The notes: a model not told the origin generated them from the sequence alone. A DNA stretch of 64,000 nt from a virus (IMGVR_UViG_3300002092_001378:37757-101756), one strand, 5' to 3'. Shown: positions 10,808 through 20,124, counted from the first letter of the stretch. Numbers and translations are program-made.

Positions 10808-12667
10808 ATGGCATATATTGTTAATAAAACAGATGGAAATATTGCTGCTGTTGTTAATGACGGCACGCTTAGTACAGTTACGAGCATAAAGCTTGTTGGT
10901 ATCGGTTACCAAAATTATGCTGAAACAATTGCTGAAAATCTTGTGCAGATGATGGAAAACTTTGCACACATAATACCCCCAACTGGACCTCTTCCTGGAC
11001 AAATTTGGTTTAACAAAAATACCAGTCATTTGCAAGTTTATGACGGTGTAATGTTTAAGGAAATTAACAATACTGCAATTAGTGACTCTACACCAATACA
11101 CGCCAGAACCGGTGATTTTTGGTTTAATAACACCACAAAACAATTATTTTTCTATAGAAATGGTAACTGGCAAGTAATTGCTCCTGCGTATCCAGCAAGT
11201 ATGGGTGCAACAGACCTAGTAGCTGAAGGGTTAACTGATCTTAGTGGCAACGTACATCCTGCTGTTACTTTATATGTTGATGGTAGTAGAATGGCCATTA
11301 TCAGTAAAGACGATAGTTATATGCCCATTCCTTATATTGAAGGGTTTACAAATGTAAATCCAGGCATAAACTTAATTGAATATCCAGGATATAGATACAG
11401 TGGTATAGTAGACTATGCAGGAGCAGCATATGGTTTACTATCAGACGCCGATGCAACGTATATGCATGCCAACTCCGATGCCAGTACAGTAGGTACATTG
11501 AGTGTTATAAATGATGGTGGGATTGCAATTGGCGCAAATGGTGATGTTGTTATATCATCAATAGTAGCCAGTCCCTATACTTTTGGTTCATCTATAACAT
11601 CAACAACTGATAAATCTTTGGCATTAGTTGGTTATGGCGGTGGCACATTAGTAATGGATAACGCTACTAATTGGATCGCCATTAATAAGATTAATCCCAC
11701 TGCTGACTTAGATGTTGGTGGCTCAATTAATGCTGACGAGACTATTACTTCGCAGGGCGGTTATTATTTTACTGATGGCAGCTTTATAAATTATTCTAAT
11801 GTAAGCGGGTTAAGCACAATAAGATTGGCACCAGGTGGTGAGTTAGTTGCATTAACTGCTGATAGCACAGGCAATATTTTTGTTCAGGGATCTTCCAACT
11901 TTAATGATTCAATTGGAGTAACTGGTAGTGCTGTAGTGACAGGCAATGTTAGTATACAAACTTGGCCAACTGAAAATTATCATGCCACATCTAAGCAATA
12001 TACTGAATCTTTAACAGTATCAAATATGTTACCATATGGTAGTATTATCATGTGGTATGGTACAGTGGCAGATGTACCAGATGGATGGGCAGTATGCAAT
12101 GGATCAAATGGAACACCAGACTTAACTGATAAGTTTGTTATGGGTGCCGGAAACCAAGCTGAATTAGGAACTATTGGTGGACAAAGCTTTGCAACAATAA
12201 CAACAAATTTAAGCGGAGCACATACACATACTGGATCAACTGCATCTGCCGGTAGTCATGATCACTCAGGATTAACAGGCGCACATGCGTTGACACCGGG
12301 AGAACTTGCAAGCCATCAACATACGTTTAACGACGTCTATGCTCTTCAGGATGATGCTAATCCACCATTATATGACAGAAATGGTAATAGAGTCTTTAGG
12401 TACAGTAGTTGGGGTGATGATGGCGACAATGATTCTGGTAACCCTGCATACTTTGAAAGTATTACAGATAGTGCTGGTTCAAGTGATCCACATAATCATC
12501 CAATAAGTTCTGATGGTATTCATTCACATGCATTGGCAATAGATCAAACAGCCGCGCATTTACATACAATTGATAATTTTGACAATAGACCTAGCTTTAT
12601 GGCATTATACTATATTATGAAAGTGGCAAATGCACTAGTAGAACCTTTACAACCACCGGGTTATTAA
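10808..12667 (+). CDS. Tail fibre paralog 2 with tail-collar domain and His-rich tip
   Basis: Shared N-terminal module, collar motif GSIIMWYG..VPDGWAVCNGSNGTPDL, several HxH motifs and terminal NRPSFMALYYIMK. Confidence 0.85.
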   Translation: MAYIVNKTDGNIAAVVNDGTLSTVTSIKLVGIGYQNYAETIAENLVQMMENFAHIIPPTGPLPGQIWFNKNTSHLQVYDGVMFKEINNTAISDSTPIHARTGDFWFNNTTKQLFFYRNGNWQVIAPAYPASMGATDLVAEGLTDLSGNVHPAVTLYVDGSRMAIISKDDSYMPIPYIEGFTNVNPGINLIEYPGYRYSGIVDYAGAAYGLLSDADATYMHANSDASTVGTLSVINDGGIAIGANGDVVISSIVASPYTFGSSITSTTDKSLALVGYGGGTLVMDNATNWIAINKINPTADLDVGGSINADETITSQGGYYFTDGSFINYSNVSGLSTIRLAPGGELVALTADSTGNIFVQGSSNFNDSIGVTGSAVVTGNVSIQTWPTENYHATSKQYTESLTVSNMLPYGSIIMWYGTVADVPDGWAVCNGSNGTPDLTDKFVMGAGNQAELGTIGGQSFATITTNLSGAHTHTGSTASAGSHDHSGLTGAHALTPGELASHQHTFNDVYALQDDANPPLYDRNGNRVFRYSSWGDDGDNDSGNPAYFESITDSAGSSDPHNHPISSDGIHSHALAIDQTAAHLHTIDNFDNRPSFMALYYIMKVANALVEPLQPPGY

Positions 12668-12672
12668 CTGAA

Positions 12673-12678
12673 TAAATA
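12673..12678 (+). promoter_or_regulatory. TAAATA late-promoter-like motif
   Basis: Intergenic, upstream of 12701. Confidence 0.6.
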
Positions 12679-12700
12679 TATAACAACAGAAGAGTGAGAC

Positions 12701-14293
12701 ATGTCATATAGTATTACTACGTCCAATAACGCAACTTCCTATCTGGTACCAGATGGTCGTTTAAATTCCGACACTTCCTTGGATTTTATTGGTAAGGGAA
12801 CAACTGCATATGGTACATCACTTAACTCAAATTTTTTACATCTATTAGAAAGTTTTGCGGCACCAACTCCTCCAGCGCGATCAATTGCTGGGCAAATATG
12901 GTTTGATACTTCAACTGGATACCTTAAAGTCAGCAATGGGCTTGGATTTAATTATGTAACGGGCCCAATTGATTTTATTGATCACAGTACAATTGGTAAT
13001 ATTTTACTACAGTCAAGCAGTATTACTGGCACACTCACTAACGCTAATGTAAACATTACACCCAATGGTACAGGAAGCACTGTAATTAAGAACATTGCAT
13101 CTAATAATTTTACTGTTGGTCGTGTTCCTTATATTGCTGCAAATGGTGCATTAGTTACAAATGCAATGAGTTATAATGTAGTAACTGATACATTAGCTGC
13201 CGCATATCTAACTGCTGGTAGTGGTATATCAGGGCTATTAACTACTGCTGCTCAGACTAATATTACAAGTCTCGGAACTTTAAATACACTTGCGGTTAAC
13301 AGTGCAAGTGCAATTTCACTTACTTCTGCAAATACAAATGTTGTTGGGAACGCCACAGTTAGTGCAAATCTAGGAGTCAGTGGCACTGGTAATTTTGCTG
13401 GTACGGTTAATGCAGCGACAGTATTAGCAACTTCAATTGGTAATTCAACTACTGTAATGACTGCTGCTACATTTACTGGCACACATAATGGAACACACAA
13501 CGGTGCATTAAACGGGGCACATAATGGAACTGTTGGTGCAACTACTGCTAACACTGGAAATTTTACCACTATCACTGCTTCGACGATCAGTACGACTGGT
13601 GGATTGTCTGGAGTTGCAACAAACTTCAATACGAATCCAGCAAGTATAGATACAGGTAGAATATTTGCTATCTATAATACAAATTATATGCCGGGAGCAA
13701 GTTACAGCTCTTCTGATTCACGTATATTTGACTTTGGTGTGACTACTGGTAATATCGCTTATCTACGTACAAGTGGAACCAATGGGTTTCAAATTTTATC
13801 AGGTGGAAGTGGCACCAGTTTTAATAACTCAATATTACCTACAACTACTGCCACCTATAATTTAGGTTCATCAGGTGCTACTTGGGCAACTATCTACGGT
13901 CTAGCAACATCTGCAAAGTACGCTGACTTGGCGGAAAATTATGTTGCTGATGATGATTATGAGCCCGGCACTGTTGTTATATTTGGTGGGGATCAGGAAG
14001 TTACTGTTTGCGATAAAGATGCAAGCAATGCTATTGCTGGTGTAATTTCAACTGAACCAGGCTACTTAATGAATGCTGCAATTAATGTACCACATGTTGC
14101 CACAGTGGCATTAGTTGGCCGTGTTCCAACTAAGGTTAAAGGGCCAATTAAAAAGGGACAGATGCTGGTTGGAACTGCTGACGGCATGGCTCGCGCAGAA
14201 GACAATCCCAAGATGGGAACAGTAATTGGCAAGGCGCTTAAAGACTTTAACGGTGACGTTGGGGTTATTGAAGTTGTAGTTGGGCGTCTCTAA
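12701..14293 (+). CDS. Tail fibre paralog 3 with C-terminal intramolecular chaperone-like domain
   Basis: Shared N-terminal module, Thr/Gly/Asn-rich shaft, and C-terminal YADLAENY...PGTVV...GVIST.PGYLMN...ALVGRVP...IGKAL. Confidence 0.8.
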   Translation: MSYSITTSNNATSYLVPDGRLNSDTSLDFIGKGTTAYGTSLNSNFLHLLESFAAPTPPARSIAGQIWFDTSTGYLKVSNGLGFNYVTGPIDFIDHSTIGNILLQSSSITGTLTNANVNITPNGTGSTVIKNIASNNFTVGRVPYIAANGALVTNAMSYNVVTDTLAAAYLTAGSGISGLLTTAAQTNITSLGTLNTLAVNSASAISLTSANTNVVGNATVSANLGVSGTGNFAGTVNAATVLATSIGNSTTVMTAATFTGTHNGTHNGALNGAHNGTVGATTANTGNFTTITASTISTTGGLSGVATNFNTNPASIDTGRIFAIYNTNYMPGASYSSSDSRIFDFGVTTGNIAYLRTSGTNGFQILSGGSGTSFNNSILPTTTATYNLGSSGATWATIYGLATSAKYADLAENYVADDDYEPGTVVIFGGDQEVTVCDKDASNAIAGVISTEPGYLMNAAINVPHVATVALVGRVPTKVKGPIKKGQMLVGTADGMARAEDNPKMGTVIGKALKDFNGDVGVIEVVVGRL

Positions 14294-14946
14294 ACATAGT
14301 CTGCATCAAAAACAATACAGTTTCTAGGTAAATCACTGTGATGTTCAGTTACTGCATGCCATACTTCAGGTTTATGAAGTACTAATTCTCCCTCTGATGG
14401 CTGCAAATACCATTTGTCTTTTTCATCATAGATCGTGTGCAATGTGTCAGGTATACCGTTTTTAATAAACACCAAATTACTAGAATTTTCAGGCACATCT
14501 AGGTAAAAAATTGCCACTATATCAGCTCTAAAATTTTCACTACTTAAATCAGTATATTCTGCCATATAAGAATCTAGCTCAATATGTCTATGACATTTGC
14601 CCTGTGATCCTTTGACCATTCTATTTGCCCAAGCACGTTTATAAGAAACACTAGTGCCCAATTTATTGATTCCAAGTGTGTTTTTTGCTAACAAAATTTG
14701 TTCGCTTACCCATTGAGTTAAAGGTTGAGCGCCAGGCAAATGTATTACTTGCAAGTATGTCTGCCCAACAGTTGTCATGCCTCCGCCCACATGGCTATCT
14801 CCACGCGGTGCTTTTACTCTGAATTTTACTTCAGGTAAATTTAATACACGATTAATACTTTTTGTTAAATCGCTGTTCCTATATAGTGATACATCTGTGC
14901 ATTGTATTCTAACTACAGTGCTGCCAAAAACATTTTCAACTTTCAA
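14290..14946 (-). CDS. Putative Fe(II)/2OG oxygenase (TIGR02466-like)
   Basis: WAN...HRH...IFYL...LV...WHAV...R..IVFD pattern of a double-stranded beta-helix oxygenase. Ends in TAG. Confidence 0.7.
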   Translation of the reverse strand: MKVENVFGSTVVRIQCTDVSLYRNSDLTKSINRVLNLPEVKFRVKAPRGDSHVGGGMTTVGQTYLQVIHLPGAQPLTQWVSEQILLAKNTLGINKLGTSVSYKRAWANRMVKGSQGKCHRHIELDSYMAEYTDLSSENFRADIVAIFYLDVPENSSNLVFIKNGIPDTLHTIYDEKDKWYLQPSEGELVLHKPEVWHAVTEHHSDLPRNCIVFDADYV

Positions 14947-16327
14947 CTTTTTTCCTTATGAAATCTGCATGATCTTGTAAATGACTTGTATCTAGATTTT
15001 TAACCTGTAAAGGCTTTATGATTCCAATTCCTGCCATAACATATTTCCAATCTTTAAAATCCAATGGTCTTAAGTAGTCTGTTACTTTGTTTGTGGGCAT
15101 TATTCTTATCAAATAATCTAAATCTTTTTCAGTTAACTTTTCACCAAATTCAATGACATTTTTTACCAAGTCTGGTATTGTATTTTTGTTTTTAAAATTG
15201 CGCCAAAAAACGGTGTCAGTTCTTTTGGTCATATAATGTAAGTGTACAAAACAGGAGTTTTCTTCGTTAAGCTGCCTAACTGCATTATTGTATTCATCAA
15301 TGGACTGTTGGTGTTTGTGTCTGCCCATGCCATTAATTTTTGCTTGTAGCATCCTTAGGCTCATAATTGAAATGCCAATTGCAGTTGCTTCTAAAGGTTC
15401 AGCAAATCCACTGGAAAGCCCAATGGCAATGCAATTATTGATCCAAGTTTTTTCGTAACAGCCTGCATTAAAATTAAAAATCTTAGGAGGAATTACTTCA
15501 ACTCCAAAATATTCTTCTAATTCTTTTTTAATTTCCTCATCAGTAGCTAGGTTACTGTCAAATACATAACCACACCCAAATCTATCTTGTACAGGAATCT
15601 TCCAAGCCCACCCATGTTTCATTCCAATAGATTCTGTATATGAAGGAATATTTTCATTGTCATGTGGTAAAAAAAATGGCATTGCTCTATTAACAGGTAA
15701 AAAATCTGCATAGGAATGCCAAGTAGCTTTGTAAAAATTACCTATAATTAATTTTTTAAACCCGCTGCAATCAAATACAAAATCTAGTTTAATTTTTTGA
15801 TTATTGGATAACACTAGCTCACTGATGTCATTTTTATCATTCGGTATTATTTCTGTTACTTGTGCATCTATATATTCTATACCACGTTGAATGGCAAACC
15901 CCTTAAGGTAGTCGGCCATTATCATTGCGTTAAAATGAACTGAATCTTCGGTCAATATTCCATTATGTCTAATTCGTTGATTGTTATAATCAAAGAGAAC
16001 TTTATTTTCTTTTGCTGCTGCGATACTGATATCTTCTGTGGAAGAAATAGCTGAATGAAAATAAGAAGTGCCGTCTCCGTTCCAGTTAGTAAACTTAATA
16101 GCATTTTTTATGGTAATTTTACATTTCTTTATTACTTCATTGAAGTCCAACCCCAGATCATTTTCTAAAAATTCACTGAAATTTTTAGTGGTTCCTTCAC
16201 CAGCACCAAGTACTCCTATTTCACTACTTGCGACAACCGTTACATTGCTATATGGGATATTTTTTTGCACATACAATGCCGTAAGCCAACCAGCAGTTCC
16301 ACCACCTACTACAACAAATTTTTTCAT
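14936..16327 (-). CDS. Flavin-dependent halogenase (tryptophan halogenase family)
   Basis: GGGTAG FAD motif, GEGT, Lys in ITIKNAIKF (position of the catalytic Lys), FDCSGF, WAWKIP (WxWxIP) and GFAEPLEAT. Confidence 0.9.
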   Translation of the reverse strand: MKKFVVVGGGTAGWLTALYVQKNIPYSNVTVVASSEIGVLGAGEGTTKNFSEFLENDLGLDFNEVIKKCKITIKNAIKFTNWNGDGTSYFHSAISSTEDISIAAAKENKVLFDYNNQRIRHNGILTEDSVHFNAMIMADYLKGFAIQRGIEYIDAQVTEIIPNDKNDISELVLSNNQKIKLDFVFDCSGFKKLIIGNFYKATWHSYADFLPVNRAMPFFLPHDNENIPSYTESIGMKHGWAWKIPVQDRFGCGYVFDSNLATDEEIKKELEEYFGVEVIPPKIFNFNAGCYEKTWINNCIAIGLSSGFAEPLEATAIGISIMSLRMLQAKINGMGRHKHQQSIDEYNNAVRQLNEENSCFVHLHYMTKRTDTVFWRNFKNKNTIPDLVKNVIEFGEKLTEKDLDYLIRIMPTNKVTDYLRPLDFKDWKYVMAGIGIIKPLQVKNLDTSHLQDHADFIRKKVES

Positions 16328-16902
16328 GACAAATACCTAAATTCTAATACCAAACTTACTCTTAAATCATCGCTAAGGTTTGTTTCAACGCTATGAATAG
16401 CATAAGAAGGAAATAAAATAAGTTTGCCAGGTTCCGGAGTTACTCGATGTGTCATATAACCTGAATTATTCTTCTTATTTGTATCAAATGTTTGTTTAAC
16501 ATATGGATCTTGCCATATGTCAGGAACAGATCCTCTTGCGTCATGTATTAATAGATCTCCGCAATTTTTAGGAGCTTTTAAATAATAAACACCAACTACA
16601 CCGTCTACATATGGATGGTGGTGTGGTGGATCACTTTCCAATGGTCGCCGAACATGTTGACGACCCCTTATTTGTACAGTATTAAAAGTAATACCATAAT
16701 CTCTTGCAACTTGTTCGGCAATATCAATTACTTTATCTTTAAACTCAGTGATACCCTCACCCGGCATATCAAATAGTATATAATCCCCATTGGCCTTATA
16801 GTTTAAGGTATCCATTAATATTTTCTTGTTCATCATTCTAGCATCGTCAAAGTTAACAATCCAGACTGGGGTAGAAAACATTAGATTAGTATTAATATCC
16901 AT
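16324..16902 (-). CDS. Putative Fe(II)/2OG oxygenase (TIGR02466-like)
   Basis: Start moved to ATG 16902 (MDINTNLMFSTPVW). Motifs PHHHP..GVYYLKAPKNCGDL..D.R..P.PGKLILFPSY..HSV..N....RVS. Confidence 0.8.
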   Translation of the reverse strand: MDINTNLMFSTPVWIVNFDDARMMNKKILMDTLNYKANGDYILFDMPGEGITEFKDKVIDIAEQVARDYGITFNTVQIRGRQHVRRPLESDPPHHHPYVDGVVGVYYLKAPKNCGDLLIHDARGSVPDIWQDPYVKQTFDTNKKNNSGYMTHRVTPEPGKLILFPSYAIHSVETNLSDDLRVSLVLEFRYLS

Positions 16903-17473
16903 TTTCAATCCCTTTATTGATAAATCTAAATTCAAATACTACACTAATCCTTGTATCATTGCTAAAATTGGGTTCGACTGAATGTATTAGATAGTTGGGA
17001 AACAATAGTAACATGCCAGGTTTAGGTTCAATCTTAACAGATACCCTCCCGTCCCTCATTATACCATCATTGGTAATATTAGGATCTTTCCACATATTTG
17101 AAACTGAACCTCGGCAGTCTATAAACTGTATGTCCCCGCAATTTTTTGGAGTTTTAAGGTAATATATACCTAGCATATCAGACCCTGGATGATGATGTGG
17201 GGTATCAAACTCGCCAGGTTTCATTGGGTTAAGTCGACTTCGAATATTTAAATTATCGTACACCCAATTATTTTCAACAGCAATTTCTGTAACAGCATCT
17301 ATAATAATTTTTTTAAGTTCGGCAATGCCCTCACTTGGTAAATCAAGAAATTCTTGATTTCCGGTTTTATATTCAGCACTATCTACTATGAGTTTTTTAT
17401 TTAAGAACCGATAATCTTCAACTTGATATATCCACAGTGGAGTAGCAAACAGTTGCTTTACTTGTCTTTGCAC
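16892..17473 (-). CDS. Putative Fe(II)/2OG oxygenase (TIGR02466-like), paralog of the adjacent gene
   Basis: LFATPLW, PHHHP, GIYYLKTPKNCGDI, PGMLLLFPNYLIHSVEPN...RIS. Confidence 0.8.
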   Translation of the reverse strand: MQRQVKQLFATPLWIYQVEDYRFLNKKLIVDSAEYKTGNQEFLDLPSEGIAELKKIIIDAVTEIAVENNWVYDNLNIRSRLNPMKPGEFDTPHHHPGSDMLGIYYLKTPKNCGDIQFIDCRGSVSNMWKDPNITNDGIMRDGRVSVKIEPKPGMLLLFPNYLIHSVEPNFSNDTRISVVFEFRFINKGIENGY

Positions 17474-17474
17474 A

Positions 17475-18134
17475 TTAAAGTCTTTCTAGATCCTGCTTCA
17501 ATTTAGAAACGATGTCATCGTGTAGATCTTCATTGTCATAAATTTCAGATGTCAGTGAATATTCAATAACAATATGATTTGGTTCAATGGCAGAGAACAC
17601 ATTGTAAATTAAATCAGCTGGTACTGTGTCTAGTGTATGACCGGCAACTTTACATGAAATTACAATCTTGTCCTCTCCATATAATTCATAGACAGTAACA
17701 GCCTCAACGCCATCAACGTCGTCAATTAATTGTAACAGTTTTGACAAATTATCAGAGTAATTGGAAATAGGAGCTAATGAACGATTGTTATAAAGCAGAG
17801 AAGAAACTTTTGTTTCAGGATCAATGAAAAAAGTAATGTTTTTAGAATGGTCATTACTTAATGTAGATATCACTGCAAACGCTTCTTCCGCAACATTTGT
17901 TTTTGCCAACTGATCGACTGAGTCAATTAAATTATCAGTAACAACTATATTCAATACTCCACCGTCAAATTCAAAAATAAATTTAATTAAGTTTTTGCCA
18001 GTGATATTATACTTGCTTGCTATTTGCTTTACTGTGATTTCGTCTGGCACGTCGACTGATGCCTTTGTAAAAGCACTATGCCCTGTAAATAAATCAAATA
18101 CCTTTTGTATATTTTTAGTAACTGTTATTGACAT
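17475..18134 (-). CDS. Hypothetical protein within the modification cassette
   Basis: 219-aa ORF tightly packed between the radical SAM and oxygenase genes. No motif recognised. Confidence 0.6.
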   Translation of the reverse strand: MSITVTKNIQKVFDLFTGHSAFTKASVDVPDEITVKQIASKYNITGKNLIKFIFEFDGGVLNIVVTDNLIDSVDQLAKTNVAEEAFAVISTLSNDHSKNITFFIDPETKVSSLLYNNRSLAPISNYSDNLSKLLQLIDDVDGVEAVTVYELYGEDKIVISCKVAGHTLDTVPADLIYNVFSAIEPNHIVIEYSLTSEIYDNEDLHDDIVSKLKQDLERL

Positions 18135-18137
18135 TTG

Positions 18138-19604
18138 TTATCCTTTAAGGCTTTTTGCAAGCCATCCTTCAACTTTTGCCTGACCGTAAATTTCTATGTC
18201 GTCAATCATTCCAGTTTTTTCAATTACTACCTTTTTAGTAGTCCACTTGGGAGTATTCATATCCGTATGTTCATAAACAGTTCCCCAAATGTCTTGCCTA
18301 CCCAATGGCAATCCGTCGCCTTCAATGGTAACAGGAATAAACCCATTGGTCATTTTTACAAAACTTAGAGCAAATAAAGGAACATTATCTGAGTATGCAC
18401 TGTCGCAAGTTGCATCCCAATTTGGACCATCTAGATACATGCAAGATCCCTTGCATAGCTGTAGTACAGGACAATCTTTACACCCTGCTCTATTTTTCCA
18501 ATGTGTGACAGATTTTAATGCTACATTAGCATAATCTTCTAAATTACCACCTAGATGCGGCTCACCATTCTTACTTAATTCCTTAACACTTACATTTTGA
18601 CATGTGACAATGTTACCCAATAGGTCCACAGCAATTGTATGCTCATCATCCATGCCGCATTTTTGTCCAAGATTTGCAGCATCAAAATGATTCAAAACAC
18701 TTTTAGTAAAATTATCAATTTTTTCGTATTGCCCATAAAATCCCAATGTATCTTCGTATCCATACACATCATTAAAACTCTGACGTCTATATTCAAAATG
18801 TTCATTCAATGTAGCAAAACTACTATTAAGGCCATCATCGTCGTAAGCATCGACGAAAGACCCTTCGCCTATAATTACATCAGGATCGCCGGTAAATTCA
18901 ACAAACCAATCATAAACTGCACGTCTGCTGGTATTACTTTTGTTCATCATAGTATTAAAGCTAATCCTGCCATGTGGTTTCATAACTTTATAGAATTCCA
19001 TAAGAATTTTCTTTTTTTCAGGATCAATGAATGGGTCCGGACCTCTTGTTGGTTGCCCAGGGCCATCATGGCTAATGCCAACATTAAAGCCCATATAATA
19101 CAACCACGAGCAAATTTCTCTAGTTAGTAAACTGCCATTAGTAATAACACTGAAAACAGGTTTTGTTTTCCAACTATCAAATTTCTCATCAAGTGCTTCT
19201 GCCAATGGTTTTAATGTCTTCCAATAAACGAAAGGTTCTCCGCCCCAAAATTCAATCTTTAACCCTTTATCTTCACGAAATTCTAACACATCCATTTTAG
19301 CAAGAAATGCATCTATATCCTTCTTACTGGTCTCATCAGGACGTTCAACAAACTTTTGACTACAATAGCTGCATGAATAGTTGCAACTTAACCCCAATTG
19401 AATTTTAAGTGTATTAATTTTATTTGATTTTAGTAGAGGATCTTCTTTGGAAAATGCTCGGCTGGGAGTTAATCCAGAAAAATTTGCAAGATTAGGATAT
19501 TCAAAAACAAATCCTGATTCATCTGTCAGAATATTTTTTTGATTGTCGTAAAAAAATGTTTTACGACCCTCGCCAGCCTTTTCTGCTTCTACTTTAAATA
19601 ACAT
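18138..19604 (-). CDS. Radical SAM/SPASM peptide-maturase-like enzyme
   Basis: CNYSCSYC (CX3CX2C), FWGGEP, ITNGSLL, ISHDGP. C-terminal SPASM Cys set CGMD...CQ...CKDCPVLQLCKGSC...C. SD AAGGA upstream. Confidence 0.92.
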   Translation of the reverse strand: MLFKVEAEKAGEGRKTFFYDNQKNILTDESGFVFEYPNLANFSGLTPSRAFSKEDPLLKSNKINTLKIQLGLSCNYSCSYCSQKFVERPDETSKKDIDAFLAKMDVLEFREDKGLKIEFWGGEPFVYWKTLKPLAEALDEKFDSWKTKPVFSVITNGSLLTREICSWLYYMGFNVGISHDGPGQPTRGPDPFIDPEKKKILMEFYKVMKPHGRISFNTMMNKSNTSRRAVYDWFVEFTGDPDVIIGEGSFVDAYDDDGLNSSFATLNEHFEYRRQSFNDVYGYEDTLGFYGQYEKIDNFTKSVLNHFDAANLGQKCGMDDEHTIAVDLLGNIVTCQNVSVKELSKNGEPHLGGNLEDYANVALKSVTHWKNRAGCKDCPVLQLCKGSCMYLDGPNWDATCDSAYSDNVPLFALSFVKMTNGFIPVTIEGDGLPLGRQDIWGTVYEHTDMNTPKWTTKKVVIEKTGMIDDIEIYGQAKVEGWLAKSLKG

Positions 19605-19628
19605 TCGATATTCCTTGATTTGTTGAAT

Positions 19629-20009
19629 TTACCATAAACAAGCACATAAACAAAGGCAATTGCAGTTATAAGAGCGTGTAGTGATAGTACAATTATATGT
19701 ACATGCACAATTGCAATTGGTTTGTAGGTATGACTGTGCGTCGCAGTTTGCACAATCTACAGTGCCATTAATTACACAATTTACACAGTTAATATTGCCA
19801 CTTCCCAGTGATTCAACACAATTCCCGTTATCGCAATTTCCATCAGCATTGCGCTGATAATATGCTTTACTATACTTGCCTGACAACGGATTGGTTGGTA
19901 CTTTCTCAACAGATTTAATCCAGCTCATACTCACACTAAGAGTAGTTGCACGTCCAAGTTCAGTATTAACGTCGCTAAATTTAATTATTCCGGAAGCTGG
20001 TAATGTCAT
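19629..20009 (-). CDS. Cys-rich small protein, putative radical SAM substrate (126 aa)
   Basis: ATG at 20009 (MTLPASG...). 15 Cys in the C-terminal ~70 aa, 10 of them as Asn-Cys, ending CNCLCLCACLW. First gene of the minus-strand cassette. Confidence 0.8.
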   Translation of the reverse strand: MTLPASGIIKFSDVNTELGRATTLSVSMSWIKSVEKVPTNPLSGKYSKAYYQRNADGNCDNGNCVESLGSGNINCVNCVINGTVDCANCDAQSYLQTNCNCACTYNCTITTRSYNCNCLCLCACLW

Positions 20010-20030
20010 GACTATTTCCAAATGTTACGG

Positions 20031-20036
20031 TATTTA
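20031..20036 (-). promoter_or_regulatory. TAAATA late-promoter-like motif for the modification cassette
   Basis: TATTTA on + reads TAAATA on -, 21 nt upstream of ATG 20009. Confidence 0.55.
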
Positions 20037-20057
20037 TCATCACATAACACTGTCATT

Positions 20058-20086
20058 ACAATATACGCAACTGATGTTAAAGTCAA
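20058..20086 (-). promoter_or_regulatory. Possible sigma70-type promoter
   Basis: Minus strand reads TTGACT-N17-TATTGT, upstream of the cassette. Confidence 0.35.
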
Positions 20087-20100
20087 TTTTTTAATGCCGA

Positions 20101-20106
20101 TAAATA
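20101..20106 (+). promoter_or_regulatory. TAAATA late-promoter-like motif
   Basis: Upstream of 20125, divergent from the motif at 20031-20036. Confidence 0.6.
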
Positions 20107-20124
20107 ATTGAGTCAGGGGTAGTC

